In this document: piece by piece, positions 43,352 to 54,630 of the stretch | How positions within the stretch are numbered: position 1 is the stretch's first letter | Layout: every line of letters starts with the position of its first letter | Source of the DNA: Dictyostelium discoideum | Lineage: Eukaryota | Assembly (NCBI GenBank): GCA_000004695.1 | Contig: CM000150.2 | Location: forward strand, 3,200,001 to 3,264,000 | DNA: 64,000 nt | Direction of reading: 5' to 3' | The notes under the pieces: generated by a model | Databases searched by the model: none | What the model saw: the letters and a program-made list of their open reading frames with translations, nothing else | What the model was told of the DNA's origin: nothing | Program-made: the position numbers and the translations under genes

Positions 43352-44143
43352 CAATCATCTTTACATTTCTATCCATATAAATATTATATATATATATATA
43401 TAATATAATTTATATATACATATCATATATATATATATATTCTCCTTTTTTTTAATTATTTATTCGATTTTATTTTTATCAACTTCAAATTTCAAATTCC
43501 TTCACTCTTTTTATACACCAAAAAAAAAAAAAAAAAAAAAAAAACAATAACTCAATCACAATTATTTTTTAATGGTAAAAAAAATGGGGGCATTGGTGGT
43601 GAGATGTTTAAAAGGGAAAAGAGAAAAATGAATGATAAAATTATCAAATTAAATTTCATCACTTGAAAGGAATATTAACATATAATATTTTTATTTTATA
43701 TTTATACATATATTCATATATATAATTATATATAAAATTATCACTACCTCCCCTTATTTATTAAAAACCACTTTATATATTATAAATTATCAATCAACAT
43801 ATATATATATACACACAACACAATACACACAAATTATTATTTTTAAATTATTTTTTTACTAACATTTTAGAAATCAAAGCTTATCAAAGAAATCGATGAT
43901 TTGAAAGCAAAATTAAAGAAATATGAAAATGATAGTGATCATCACCAAATTGAAATGGAAGATGAAACTAAATCATTAAAAGATAGAATTGATGATTTAT
44001 CAAATAAATTACAAAATGAAAAGAATTTAACAAAACACCTTCAATCACAATTAAACTCAATTAATAATGAAAGTGATGACCAAGCTCCATTAATTGGTGG
44101 CCATGTTAAACAAAAGAAGAGAGGTTGTTGTACAATTCAATAA
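39824..44143 (+). CDS. EF-hand (four motifs) plus long coiled-coil protein ending in a CAAX prenylation box (CTIQ), join(39824..39958,40082..43303,43871..44143), about 1209 aa.
   Basis: Exon 1 MMEDETKDSYLVKLFNEFDTRSTGYLEYDQLKQTVCKITGRSDFTV ends at a GTAGGT donor. Exon 2 opens with DEELSTLLNKFDTDKDGRISLDEFLNG, then FSLFDKDGDGLVSIEQL and INTLSADGSKTISFENF, then about 800 aa of heptad-rich Q/E/K/L sequence, and ends ...QINEK at a GTAAGC donor. The 567-nt intron ends ttttttactaacattttag. Exon 3 encodes KSKLIKEIDDLKAKLKK...KQKKRGCCTIQ*. Confidence 0.7.
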
Positions 44144-44375
44144 ATAATAATATAACACAACCAATTTTAAAAAGGAAAAAAATACAAAAAATAATAACAT
44201 ATATAATATTAAAGAGATAAATATAAATTTTCTCAATACATAAAATAAAAACTATAATAAACATATACGTATTTATAACATTTTTTTTTTTTTTTTACGC
44301 ATATTATAAGATTTATTATATAAACTTTTTTTTTTTTTTTTTTAATAATAGAATTGTGAGTGTAAAACAATTTGT

Positions 44376-46357
44376 TTAGGCTGGAATTTTGGAAACTTTT
44401 GATTCTCTTTCCCAAACACGATGATGAGCAAGTGAATAAAAGAATTGTTCAGTGATATCTTTATAACCATTACCAAGTAATAAACCATGATCTTGAGGTA
44501 AACGAAGTAATTCTTTAATCACCGATACAGAACCACCAAATGCAATGGTTTTGAGATGTTTAAAGGCTTCAAGAATGTAATGAAGGAAATTACCATCATC
44601 AGAGAGGATTTTAGTGGCTTCTTCTGTTGATTTTGGAACATAGACTGCATCAAAGAAAATGGAAGGGTTACCAATGATTGTACCTTTTGGAGATAACATT
44701 TCACCACCACTACATTCTACTTGTGCCAAAGTTGAAGAGACTAACATTACCATTGCACCTCTTTTCTCCATATCATCTTTGAAATTGATAACGTCATCAT
44801 AGTCAACACCTTTTTCAATGATAACTGAAATTCTACGACTAACGATATCACCAGATAATAAATTTGGTTGAGATAAAGCTGGTGATGGTTTTACCATAAT
44901 CTTCTTGATTGGTTTGGTTGAAGTTGGTTCAATCTTTACACCAAGATTCTTGGCAACTTTTTCAGCGAGTACTGAATCAATGTTTACCAAGATATTGTTA
45001 ACATAACGTGTACGAACTTCTGGTCTTGAACATTTTGATATCTCAAAAGTGTATGCGGCGATGATGTGATTCTTTTCATGTTGAGACATACTATTCCAAA
45101 ACATGGTGGCTTGTGAGAAATGATCTTCAAAAGTTTCACTTCTATCATAGGATTTGGTACCACTGATATTCTCTGGATAAGGTCTGAAGCCACCTTTATT
45201 TGCTGATGGTTCCTTTAGTAATGGATAGCCTTTATCAATTGAGTTTGGGAAATAACTTGCACCACCTTTATTGATTGTCATACGATGAATACCATCTCTT
45301 TGATTATTAGCAAATGGACATACTGGTCTGTTGATTGGAATTTCATTGAAATTGGGACCACCTAAACGTGATAGTTGAGTATCTAAATATGAGAAAATAC
45401 GACCTTGCAACAATGGATCATTACTGAAATCAATACCTGGCACCACATGAGAGACACAGAATGCCACTTGTTCAGTCTCTGCGAAAAAGTTATCTGGATT
45501 TCTATCGATAACCATTCTACCCAATGGAATTACTGGTGTCAATTCTTCTGGAATTAATTTGGTTGGATCTAAAATATCGAAATCAAATTTCTTTTGTAAA
45601 TCTTCATCCAATAATTGTGCACCCAATTCCCATTGTGGGAAATCACCAGACTCAATATCTTCCCAAAAACGTCTACGATGATAATCACAATCTTTACCGG
45701 CAATCTTTTGAGCTTCATCCCAAAGCAATGAGCATGTACCAGACAATGGTTTCCAATGAAGTTTTACAAATGTACTCTTTCCTTCTTGATTAATGAAACG
45801 GTATGAATGAACACCGAAACCTTGTTGATGACGAAGTGAAATTGGGATACCACGATCTGACATTACCCATAGTACGCTATGAGCACTCTCTGGTTTTAAT
45901 CCACAGAAATCATAAAAAGTATCATGAGCACTTCCCCCAGTTGGCATTTCATTCTGTGGTTCCATCTTTACTGCATGTACAAAATCTGGGAATGAACTTG
46001 CATCTTGAATAAAAAACACTGGCATATTATTACCAACTAGATCATAATTACCTTCGTCAGTATAGAATTTCACAGCAAATCCATGAACGTCACGAACTGT
46101 ATCAGCTGATCCTCTTGGTCCTTGAACTGTTGATATACGAATGAAAACTGGTGTTTTCTTATCTTGTTTACTCAAGAAATCTGCTTTTGTTAATTTACTA
46201 TGATCCTTATAAGAAAGAAAATAACCATGAGCTCCTGTTCCTCTTGCATGAACAATTCTTTCTGGAATTCTTTCATGATCAAAATGAGTTATCTAAAATA
46301 AAAATAGAAAAAAGTATTATGAAAATAAAAATAAAAAAAATAATTAATATGTTTTAA

Positions 46358-46391
<34 letters not shown>

Positions 46392-46648
46392 TAATAATTT
46401 ATTTTTATTACCTTTTCTCTTAAAACAAAATCTTCCAAAAGAGTTGGACCTCTTGGACCTGCTTTTAATGAATTTGCATCATCTGATAAAGAAACACCAG
46501 TATTTGTTGTTGAATAAACTGGATTCTTATCATTTGTTTTGAATTTTTCAAGTTGTTCTATTTAATTTTTTAATTTTTTAATAATAATTTATATAAATAT
46601 AATAGTAATCGTAGAAAATTATTAATATTTACCTAATTTCTTATTCAT
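44376..46648 (-). CDS. catB: Large-subunit (clade 2, HPII-type) catalase with a C-terminal flavodoxin-like domain, join(44376..46292,46412..46557,46633..46648), 693 aa.
   Basis: Exon 1 is MNKKL plus one nucleotide, with a GTAAAT donor. Exon 2 is EQLEKFKTNDKNPVYSTTNTGVSLSDDANSLKAGPRGPTLLEDFVLREK, with a GTAATA donor. Exon 3 is ITHFDHERIPERIVHARGTGAHGYF...TPVFIRISTVQGPRGSADTVRDVHGFAVKFYTDEGNYDLVGNNMPVFFIQD...RLFSY.DTQ.... The ~150-aa C-terminal extension is typical of large catalases. The length matches the 692-aa spore-type catalase B of D. discoideum rather than the ~496-aa catA. Confidence 0.85.
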
Positions 46649-46791
46649 TTTTTATTTGATTAGAATTAATAATATGAAGGAAAATAAATAAAAAAATTAT
46701 TTTTGTTTTTAAATTTATTTTTTTAATTTAATTTTTTTTTTTTTTATTATGAAGTTTTATTTTTTCCTTTTTCAGATAAACTTTTTTTATA

Positions 46792-46850
<59 letters not shown>

Positions 46851-46914
46851 GGGTTAATGCTATAAGAGGGGTTCATTTCAAAAATAGCCCAATGAAATTA
46901 CTATTTTTTTTTTA

Positions 46915-46962
<48 letters not shown>

Positions 46963-47123
46963 TATTACATTAGGTTTTAAATTACACAAATCAATACTAA
47001 AATTATTGATATTGTTTTTTTTTTTTTTTTTTTTTTATACATTGTGAAATAATTTATTTAATTTTTTATTTTATTGAGTGACCAATTTATTTTTTTTTTT
47101 TATTTTTTTTTTTTAGTTTTTTA

Positions 47124-47418
47124 TTATTCAATTGGGTCAAATGTACTTAAAATAGAAATATCATCCTCTGAATAATTTTCAGTGAAATTTTTAATTTTGT
47201 CATTTAATGAATTTTTGTTTGTTTTGTTTAAAAATGAACTCTTTGTTATTTTTCTTCTTGACTCCATAGCATCTGGATTTGAATTTTTACGTTCATCATA
47301 ACCTTGAAATCTTTTTTTTTTTAAATCTATAATTTTAATTAAAAAAAAAAATTCTTTTTTTAATAAAAAATTAAAAATATGGAAAAAAAAAAAAATACTT
47401 ACCAGATTGATTATCCAT
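47124..47418 (-). CDS. Small hydrophilic protein of about 72 aa, join(47124..47326,47403..47418). Function unknown.
   Basis: Exon 1 is MDNQS plus one nucleotide with a canonical GTAAGT donor. The acceptor is aaattatag. Exon 2 encodes DLKKKRFQGYDERKNSNPDAMESRRKITKSSFLNKTNKNSLNDKIKNFTENYSEDDISILSTFDPIE*. The frame depends on the length of an A11 run. Confidence 0.35.
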
Positions 47419-47870
47419 ATTTTATTTGAATATTTATAATTATAAAATTATAAAGGAAAAGAAAAGAAAAGAAAAAAAAAAATAAAAATAAAAAAAGAAA
47501 ATTACTAATACATTCCATGAAATAATTTTAAAATAGTTTTTTTTTTTTTTTTTTTAATTTTATTTTTTTATAATTTTTTTTTTTTTTTTATACTTATTTG
47601 GAAAAATCTAAAAATATTTTCCATTTTTTTTTTTATTTTAATTTTTTTAAAATTAATGTTTATTTTTACATTTTATTTTTCTTTTTTTTTTTTATTTACC
47701 TTTTTTTTTTTACCTTTATTTTTTTTTTTACCTTTATTTTTTTTTTTTAAAAAAAATAAAAAACTAAAAATATCAAAAAAAAAAAAAAAAAAAAAAAGTT
47801 TCGTTTTTATTTTATTTTTATTTTAATTTAGATTGATTATTTAGATTTGTAAATTTATACAAAAAAAAAA

Positions 47871-48759
47871 ATGACAATAAAAAATGAAGAACAACAACAA
47901 CAAACAAATAAATTAAAATATCCAAAGAATTTATTATCATCAGGATTAGATGGTGAAGGTAATACATATATAAATATTGAAGATCTTTGGAAAAAGGAAT
48001 TAGAAGGTAAAGATAATAAAATGGAAGATAAATGGTATAAATCAGCAGATGAATATTGGAAAGGAGTAGAAGCAACCGTTGATGGTATGTTAGGTGGATT
48101 AGCACAAGTATCACCAATTGATGTTGTTGCCTCAAAAGTTTTCATTCAAGATTTTATTAAAGGTACTGATAGTCGTCCACCAATTAATTTGAATTTAGCA
48201 TTAGATTGTGGTGCTGGTATTGGTAGAGTTGCAAAAGAATTCCTTTTACCAATTGGTTTTAAAAATGTTGATTTAGTTGAACAAAATAAATTATTCTTAG
48301 ATAAAGCAAAATCTGATAATTTCAAAGAGTATCTAACTAATTTAAGAAAAAAAAAAAAAAAAAAAAAACAAATACTAATATATATATATATATATATTTA
48401 TTAGTGATAATAGAGTTGAAAATTATTATGCGGTTGGATTACAAGATTTTACATTTGAAAAAAAGTATGATTGTATTTGGATTCAATGGGTAATTGGACA
48501 TTTACATGATTTAGATTTTATAGAATTTTTAAAGAAATGTATGGATTCATTGACACCAAATGGTATCATTTGTATTAAAGATAATTGTGCTAAAAAAAGA
48601 TTTATAATGGATAAAGAAGATAACTCTGTATCAAGAACTGAAGATCACTTAAAATATCTTTTCGATCAAGCTGGTTGTAAATTATTAAAATCAATGGTAC
48701 AACCAAATTTTCCAAAAGAATTATTCCCAGTTTTAATGTTTGCTTTAGAAAGAAAATAA
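47871..48759 (+). CDS. Alpha-N-terminal protein methyltransferase (NTMT1/METTL11A family), join(47871..48328,48405..48759).
   Basis: Exon 1 encodes ...WYKSADEYWKGVEATVDGMLGGLAQVSPIDVVASKVFIQDFIKG......ALDCGAGIGRVAKEFLLPIGFKNVDLVEQNKLFLDKAK. This is AdoMet motif I of NTM1, compare ALDCGAGIGRITKRLLLPLF. The donor is GA|GTATCT. Exon 2 encodes [60 protein letters not shown]...FALERK*, compare human ...[30 protein letters not shown]...NGIIVIKDN. Confidence 0.8.
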
Positions 48760-48833
48760 TAAATAAATAAATAAATAATAAATAAATAAATAAATTTTAA
48801 ATTTATTTATTATTTTTTAATAATTTCAATTTT

Positions 48834-50465
48834 TTAATTTCTTTTATATACATTAATTTTAAATGAATTTGGTCTAATGTTTATACCAAAGTTTTCAGTA
48901 GTATCAATTGGTTCATTAGTTATTGGAGTTATTTTATAATTTAAAATGAAATTACTAACAAATAAGAATAATTCATGGTTTGCAATTTGTTGACCAACAC
49001 AATTTCTATTACCAATTGAAAATGGTATAAAAGATTCTATATTATTATCAAGGAAACGATTTGGGTTGAATTGATTTGGATTTTTATAGATTGATTCATC
49101 ATGATTTAATGCTCTATAGTTTATAACAACATGACTCCCTTTTGGTATGAAATGACCTTTAATAATTAAATCCTTTCCAACTACTCTTGGTATACCATAT
49201 GGAGTTATTGGTGTAATTCTCATTGATTCTTTGATTGTTGCATTTAAATATGGTGTTGATGAACGATCTGATAAATATATCCTATCTTCAACTCTACCAC
49301 AACTATCTACAATACTTTTTAATTCTTTAAAAATTAATTCTTGAACATCTTGATTATTTGCAATTCTTAATATAATCCATTCAATTCCTTTTGCAGCAGT
49401 ATCTGTACCTGCAACTAATAAATCTAATGAATTTGAAACAATTGATTTAACACTTTCTTTATCTTTGATTCCAACTTCTTTAATAAATGTATGTAATAAA
49501 TCATAATTTCTAAAAAGTTTTAAAAAAAAAAAATTATTAGAATAATAATAATAAAAAAATAAATTTTTTAAATATATATTTACTCTTCTTTTTCATTATC
49601 AATTGTTTTTAAATGTTCATAAAATTTTTTATATACATAATCTCTTGCTAATGGAACATTTGAATCTGTTAATTTTAAAAATAAAGAATAAATTGGTTTT
49701 AAGAAACTAATATAATCACCAATATGACCAACATCAGCCAAGACAAAAATATTTTCTAAACATGTACAAAACTGTCCCATTTTCTAAATTTTCATTATAT
49801 GATAATGGTTCATTGAAAATATAAGTCATCATAGTTGATAATGTAAATCTTGTGGCAAATAAACGAAAGTTTAATGGTTCACCACTTTCTGAAAATGGTT
49901 TAACTGATTGAATTAAATCATTGATTTGTTTATTTAATAATTCATAAACACTTTTAACAATACCTTTTTTCATAGCTTTTTGAATCATTTCTCTATTATT
50001 TACCCATTTTTCATTTGATAATAGTATACCATTTTGATTATCACTACAATGTGAAAATGATGGTGTAATTGGTCTTTCCAAGAATGAGTTATGATTCTTT
50101 ATAAATAATTCTTCAATTATTTTATAATCACTTACCATTATTGTTTTATTATCACCTAAATACACTCTAAAAATGTCACCATATTGTTTAACTAATTCGT
50201 GACATTTTATATGTGGTTTACTTGTAATTTGATGTAAATTTCCAATAATTGGTAAAGGAAAAGGTCCATTAACTTCAAATTTATTTTTTTTAATATATTT
50301 TTTATACTAAAATTTTTTTTTTTATTTTTTTTTTTTTTCCAGTTTAAAAAAATATTAATATTAATATGTTTTTTTAATTTTATTTTTTAAAATTTAAATT
50401 ATAATTACATTTGATTTAAATAAATAAAAAATTATTAAAAAAATAACAATATTAATTATATTCAT
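48834..50465 (-). CDS. Cytochrome P450, join(48834..49509,49584..50306,50409..50465). Exon 2 carries a +1/-2 frameshift near 49745 at a T5 run, so the locus is either a pseudogene or has a sequencing error.
   Basis: Exon 1 is MNIINIVIFLIIFYLFKSN (membrane anchor) with a GTAATT donor. Exon 2 is YKKYIKKNKFEVNGPFPLPIIGNLHQ...KQYGDIFRVYLGDNKTIMVSDYKIIEELFIKNHNSFLERP....NGTVLYMFRKYF and then switches frame to VLADVGHIGDYISFLKP...NEKE. Exon 3 is ENYDLLHTF...LVAGTDTAA (I-helix) ...ESMRITP...PFSIGNRNCVGQQIANHELFLF (heme-binding FxxGxRxCxG). The exon-2 length is 723 nt, but the phase requires 3n+2. Confidence 0.75.
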
Positions 50466-50823
50466 TTAAAAAATTATTATTTTATTTTAATTAAGTAGAA
50501 TTTTAATTTTTTGGAAAAAAAAAAAAAAAAATAATTTCGATAAAAACATCATCATTTTTAAAAATTTAAAAAATTTTAATCATTTCAAATAATAACCTAT
50601 TTAAATTTTATTTATTTTGATTTAATTTTTTTTTTTTTTTTTTAGTGTGTAGACTGACCACATTCACCACTGTTGAAAATGAGAAATAAACTGAAAAAAC
50701 AATTCAGTCTTTTTAAATTTTATTTTTATTCACATCATATTATTTTATATTATTATTAATATGCAAATTCACAAAAAAAGATATTTTTATTATTCTTATT
50801 ATTTATTATTCGTTATTTATTTA

Positions 50824-52752
50824 TTATTTATTATATTGCAAAATAAAATTTGTAAAAAAAAAGATTTTTTGGTTGAAATCAAATAAATTATTAATTAGTT
50901 TAATATTTTCAGAGTTAATTTTCCAAATTATAAAATTTTCTATTAATTGCGAAAGTTTACAAACCGAATCAACTAATAAGAATCGGTCGGAAAGAATTAA
51001 AGTGGATTTTAGTTGGTTCAAACCTAAATTTTTTAAAAATTCTAATTGAATGTCATTGGTTTGCATATAGATTAATTCTAATATAATTCGAAGCGATTCA
51101 GAGGTTAAATCAATGTCACATTCAAAGTTAATAACTCCATTAGTAGATTCTTCAAAAGATTCACATGTTAAAATCGTTTTAAAATATTCACTAGATTTAA
51201 TTAATATTTCTTTATGTGCTTTAAAAATTCTACCTTGAATAATTAATTGACAATTACTCGTATTTTCATCATTTAATAATTTAATTTCTTCTTCTTTATT
51301 ATTATTATCTTTATTTTTATTTCTAATTTTAATTTTTCTAATTAATTTTTTATTTTGTATTAAATTTGATTTTAATGATAAAATTGTTGATTTACTTTGA
51401 TTATATTGATGTTGAAATTTAGTGAATCTTTGCTGTTGTTGTTGTTGTTCTTCTTCTTCTTCAATTGATTTTAATAAAATTTCATTTCTTTGACCAGATA
51501 TTAATAGTAATTTACTTAATTCTTTAATGAATTTTAATTTTTCAATATTATTTTCAGTGAATGATATTGGTAATAATTCAATTTGAAATGTTAATAATTT
51601 AATACCATCAATTCTTAACTCTTTAAATAATCTAATTAATGAATAAACTTGAATATCGAATAACCATTGTAAAACTCTTTCATTATCCCATTTATGAATT
51701 TTTGATAATTTAATTTTTCTAATTAATTCAATTGATTCATCTTCTTCATTAAAATAATAAAAATTATTTAATTGATTAAATTTATTATTATTATTTTGTC
51801 TACAATCTTCAGAGTGATTATTATTATTATTATTATTATTATTATAAATATTATCTTGTTCTTCTTCTTCTTCTTCTTCTCCTTCCTCTTCTTCATCACC
51901 AATTAATTGATTTGTAATTGTAGATTTTTGTGATAAATTAAAATGAATAGTGAATGGATAATCATAAATTGGATCTGGATGTTGATTTGGATTTGTATTT
52001 GAAGTACCAAACTTTTTGAAATAATTTGATGATTTACATCTAAATAGTTGAGTTCTATCATTTTTATTATTTTCCATTACACATGCTAAGAAAAATCTAG
52101 TTACATTATTGTTATTATTATTTTTATTATTTAATTTTAAATAATCAGTTAAATCTAATTTTTTATCGAAATGAATTGGTGTAGTTGGTAAATTTAATGG
52201 TAATAATGTAAAATTAAGTTGATCGGTAATTATTGAATAAACTTCATGTGAATCCATTCTTTTAAATGATTCTTTTAATATTGCTTCATTTGATTTTGTA
52301 CTGATATACCAATTAATGATAGAATTTGGATCGAATGTCATGAATAACATATTTATAAATAGATTGGTTATTTCTAATCTTGGGTCGAATTCCCATGACC
52401 AAATTGCAATTCCTCTACTATGATTATCTCTACCAATATAGCACATCTCCCAACCAGTTTCATATTTATATTTTAAATTTGAACTATATAAATATTGATT
52501 TTTTATTATTATTATTGCTTTTTCATCATGTTCTTCTTTTTCTTTTTCTTCTTTTTCTTTCTTTTTATTTTTAATCGATTTATATTGATTTGATTTTGTG
52601 TCATAACTAAATTCATGATATGAAATTGGTCTTTTAAATTCTATTTCTTTTGCTGTTAAATTATCTATATCAATTTCTAACATATATAATGGTACAATAT
52701 CTTTATTATTTATTTTTACTTTATATTCTAAATCATTTTTTATAACTTCCAT
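50824..52752 (-). CDS. BTB/POZ-domain protein, single exon, paralog of 53076..54630.
   Basis: The ORF contains the conserved N-terminal module ...GWEMCYIGRDNHSRGIAIWSWEFDPRLEITNLF... and a C-terminal BTB CQLIIQGRIFKAHKEILIKSSEYFKTILTCESFEE...TSESLRIILELIYMQ...ILSDRFLLVDSVCKLSQLIENFI. The likely start is MEVIKNDLEYK at 52752. The 33 codons listed upstream in the ORF track are poly-F 5'-UTR read-through. Confidence 0.7.
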   Translation of the reverse strand: MEVIKNDLEYKVKINNKDIVPLYMLEIDIDNLTAKEIEFKRPISYHEFSYDTKSNQYKSIKNKKKEKEEKEKEEHDEKAIIIIKNQYLYSSNLKYKYETGWEMCYIGRDNHSRGIAIWSWEFDPRLEITNLFINMLFMTFDPNSIINWYISTKSNEAILKESFKRMDSHEVYSIITDQLNFTLLPLNLPTTPIHFDKKLDLTDYLKLNNKNNNNNNVTRFFLACVMENNKNDRTQLFRCKSSNYFKKFGTSNTNPNQHPDPIYDYPFTIHFNLSQKSTITNQLIGDEEEEGEEEEEEEQDNIYNNNNNNNNNHSEDCRQNNNNKFNQLNNFYYFNEEDESIELIRKIKLSKIHKWDNERVLQWLFDIQVYSLIRLFKELRIDGIKLLTFQIELLPISFTENNIEKLKFIKELSKLLLISGQRNEILLKSIEEEEEQQQQQQRFTKFQHQYNQSKSTILSLKSNLIQNKKLIRKIKIRNKNKDNNNKEEEIKLLNDENTSNCQLIIQGRIFKAHKEILIKSSEYFKTILTCESFEESTNGVINFECDIDLTSESLRIILELIYMQTNDIQLEFLKNLGLNQLKSTLILSDRFLLVDSVCKLSQLIENFIIWKINSENIKLINNLFDFNQKIFFFTNFILQYNK

Positions 52753-53075
52753 TTTTTTTTTTTTTAAAAAAATAAAAATAAAAATAAAAAAAAAAATAAA
52801 AAAAATACAACAAAAATAAAAAAAAAAAAAAAATAAACAAAAAAAAAACAAAAAAATAATAAAAATATTAGTTATAAGGTTATTTTAAATCCAAAAAAAA
52901 AAAAAAATAAAAAAAAAAAAATAAAAATAAAAACAAAAATAAAAATTAAAATAATAACTTTAAGATATTTTTTAGATATTTATTTTATTTATTTATTTGT
53001 TTGTTTGTTTTTAATTTTTTAAATTATTTTGATTTTTTTGATTTTTGGTTTTAATTAATTAAAAAAAAATATTAT

Positions 53076-54144
53076 CTAATCAACATTTTCAAATATAAAT
53101 CTTTCAAACAATTTCAATAATTTACAGAATGATAAATGTTGACATATATAGATTGTGTAGGTGATTCGTTCTGGTGAAATCGATTTGAAATTTTCATAAC
53201 TTAAACTTTCATAGCTTGTAAAATAAACCAATTTCAATACATATTCTAGTGACTCATAATTTAAATAACCTTCTTCAACCAATTCCCATTCTGTACGATT
53301 AACTGAAAATATATTTTTAAAAAAATCTGAATTCTTTGATAATACTTCTTTGTGTACCTCTAATATTTTTTTATCAATTATTAACTCGAAATCGATTTCT
53401 CACCATTGATTGATAATTTATTATTATTATTATTGACGTTGATACTGAGACTATTATCAAAATTAATTTGTTGAAAATGTTGAGGTGGTAATGATTGAAC
53501 TGGGGAAGAATCAAATAAACAAAAAATATTACTATTACTATTAGAATTACTATTACAATTGTTATTATTATTTATTACCAAAGACTGTTTATTTGTTAAT
53601 ACCCAATTGCTTGATGATGTATTACTATTTTCAATTGATTTTACACTGATATCTTTTTTAATAAAACAAAATGATTCTTTATTTGAACTATTATTTTGAT
53701 TGTTATTATCATTATCACTATTACTATTATCACTATTATTACTATTATTGATTTGAAAATTTTCACAAAGTTTGAAAGTACAATTAAAAGTATTATTGTC
53801 TTGATTTGAACCAAATTCATTAAAATTTCCACCATTCATTATACATACTATACATAATTTACCAAAACCAATTGTATATTCACTTAAATCCATCTCTAAA
53901 TTGAATATGCTACCAAGTATTTTATCTATTGGTAATTTGTAGAAATTCCTCTTTACATATTCTGTAACATTTTTGTCTTTATTACCCTTAAAAAATTCAT
54001 TTCCAATGTAAAGATCTATACCTTTTTCTGTTGAATCCAATGAAAAACTAAATTGAGTTAAGCATCTTGTTATCACTACATTTTTACCAAATTCCCATGA
54101 CCAAATACAAAGACCATTATCATTCTTGTCAAAATAACACCTAA

Positions 54145-54181
<37 letters not shown>

Positions 54182-54630
54182 TTAATAAAAATTGAAATTA
54201 ATAATTTTTAAATAAATAAATTTATACAATACTTTTTATGAAAATGAACATTATCACAATAATATAATTGATTATTTAAAATTGTTTCATTTTTATTACA
54301 AATTTTAATTAATTTATTTTTATTAAATTTTGGTTCATAGCATATTTGATGGTATGAATAATGATTTTTATTTTTATTTATATTATTTATTATTGAATTT
54401 TTATTATTATTTTTATTATTATAATTTATTAAATTTTTATTTTTATTATTATTATTTTTAAAATCTGATTCAATATTTAATTTTATTTTATCAAATTGAT
54501 TTAATATTAAACTGGGTATATTATTATTTTCCTCCCCTAATTTTATATTATTACTGTTATTAATATTATCTGTATTATCACTATTTAATGAAAAAGATGC
54601 CATTTTTTTTTTTTTTTTTTTTAAAGGCAA
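53076..54630 (-). CDS. Second BTB/POZ paralog, multi-part: 54236..54630 exon, intron, 53381..54131 exon, then a frame break at about 53385, then the BTB segment 53076..53390. It is probably a pseudogene or there is a sequencing error.
   Basis: Exon A is MASFSLNSDN...ILNNQLYYCDNVHFHK with a GTATTG donor in phase 2. Exon B is KCYFDKNDNGLCIWSWEFGKNVVITRCLTQFSF...FIKKDISV...LSINGEK, where the IWSWEF module matches the paralog. The BTB segment EIDFELIIDKKILEVHKEVLSKNSDFFKNIFSVNRTEWELVEEGYLNYESLEYVLKLVYFTS...ITYTIYICQHLSFCKLLKLFERFIFENVD* lies in the +2 frame relative to exon B. Only ~20 nt of overlap separate the frames, and a 26-nt gap is too short for an intron. Confidence 0.5.

Noticed and set aside
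50824-52851. First 33 codons of ORF 50824..52851 (MFFFCLFFFFFYFCC...).
   Set aside because: They are poly-F translation of the T-rich 5' UTR. The biologically sensible start is MEVIKNDLEYK at 52752.
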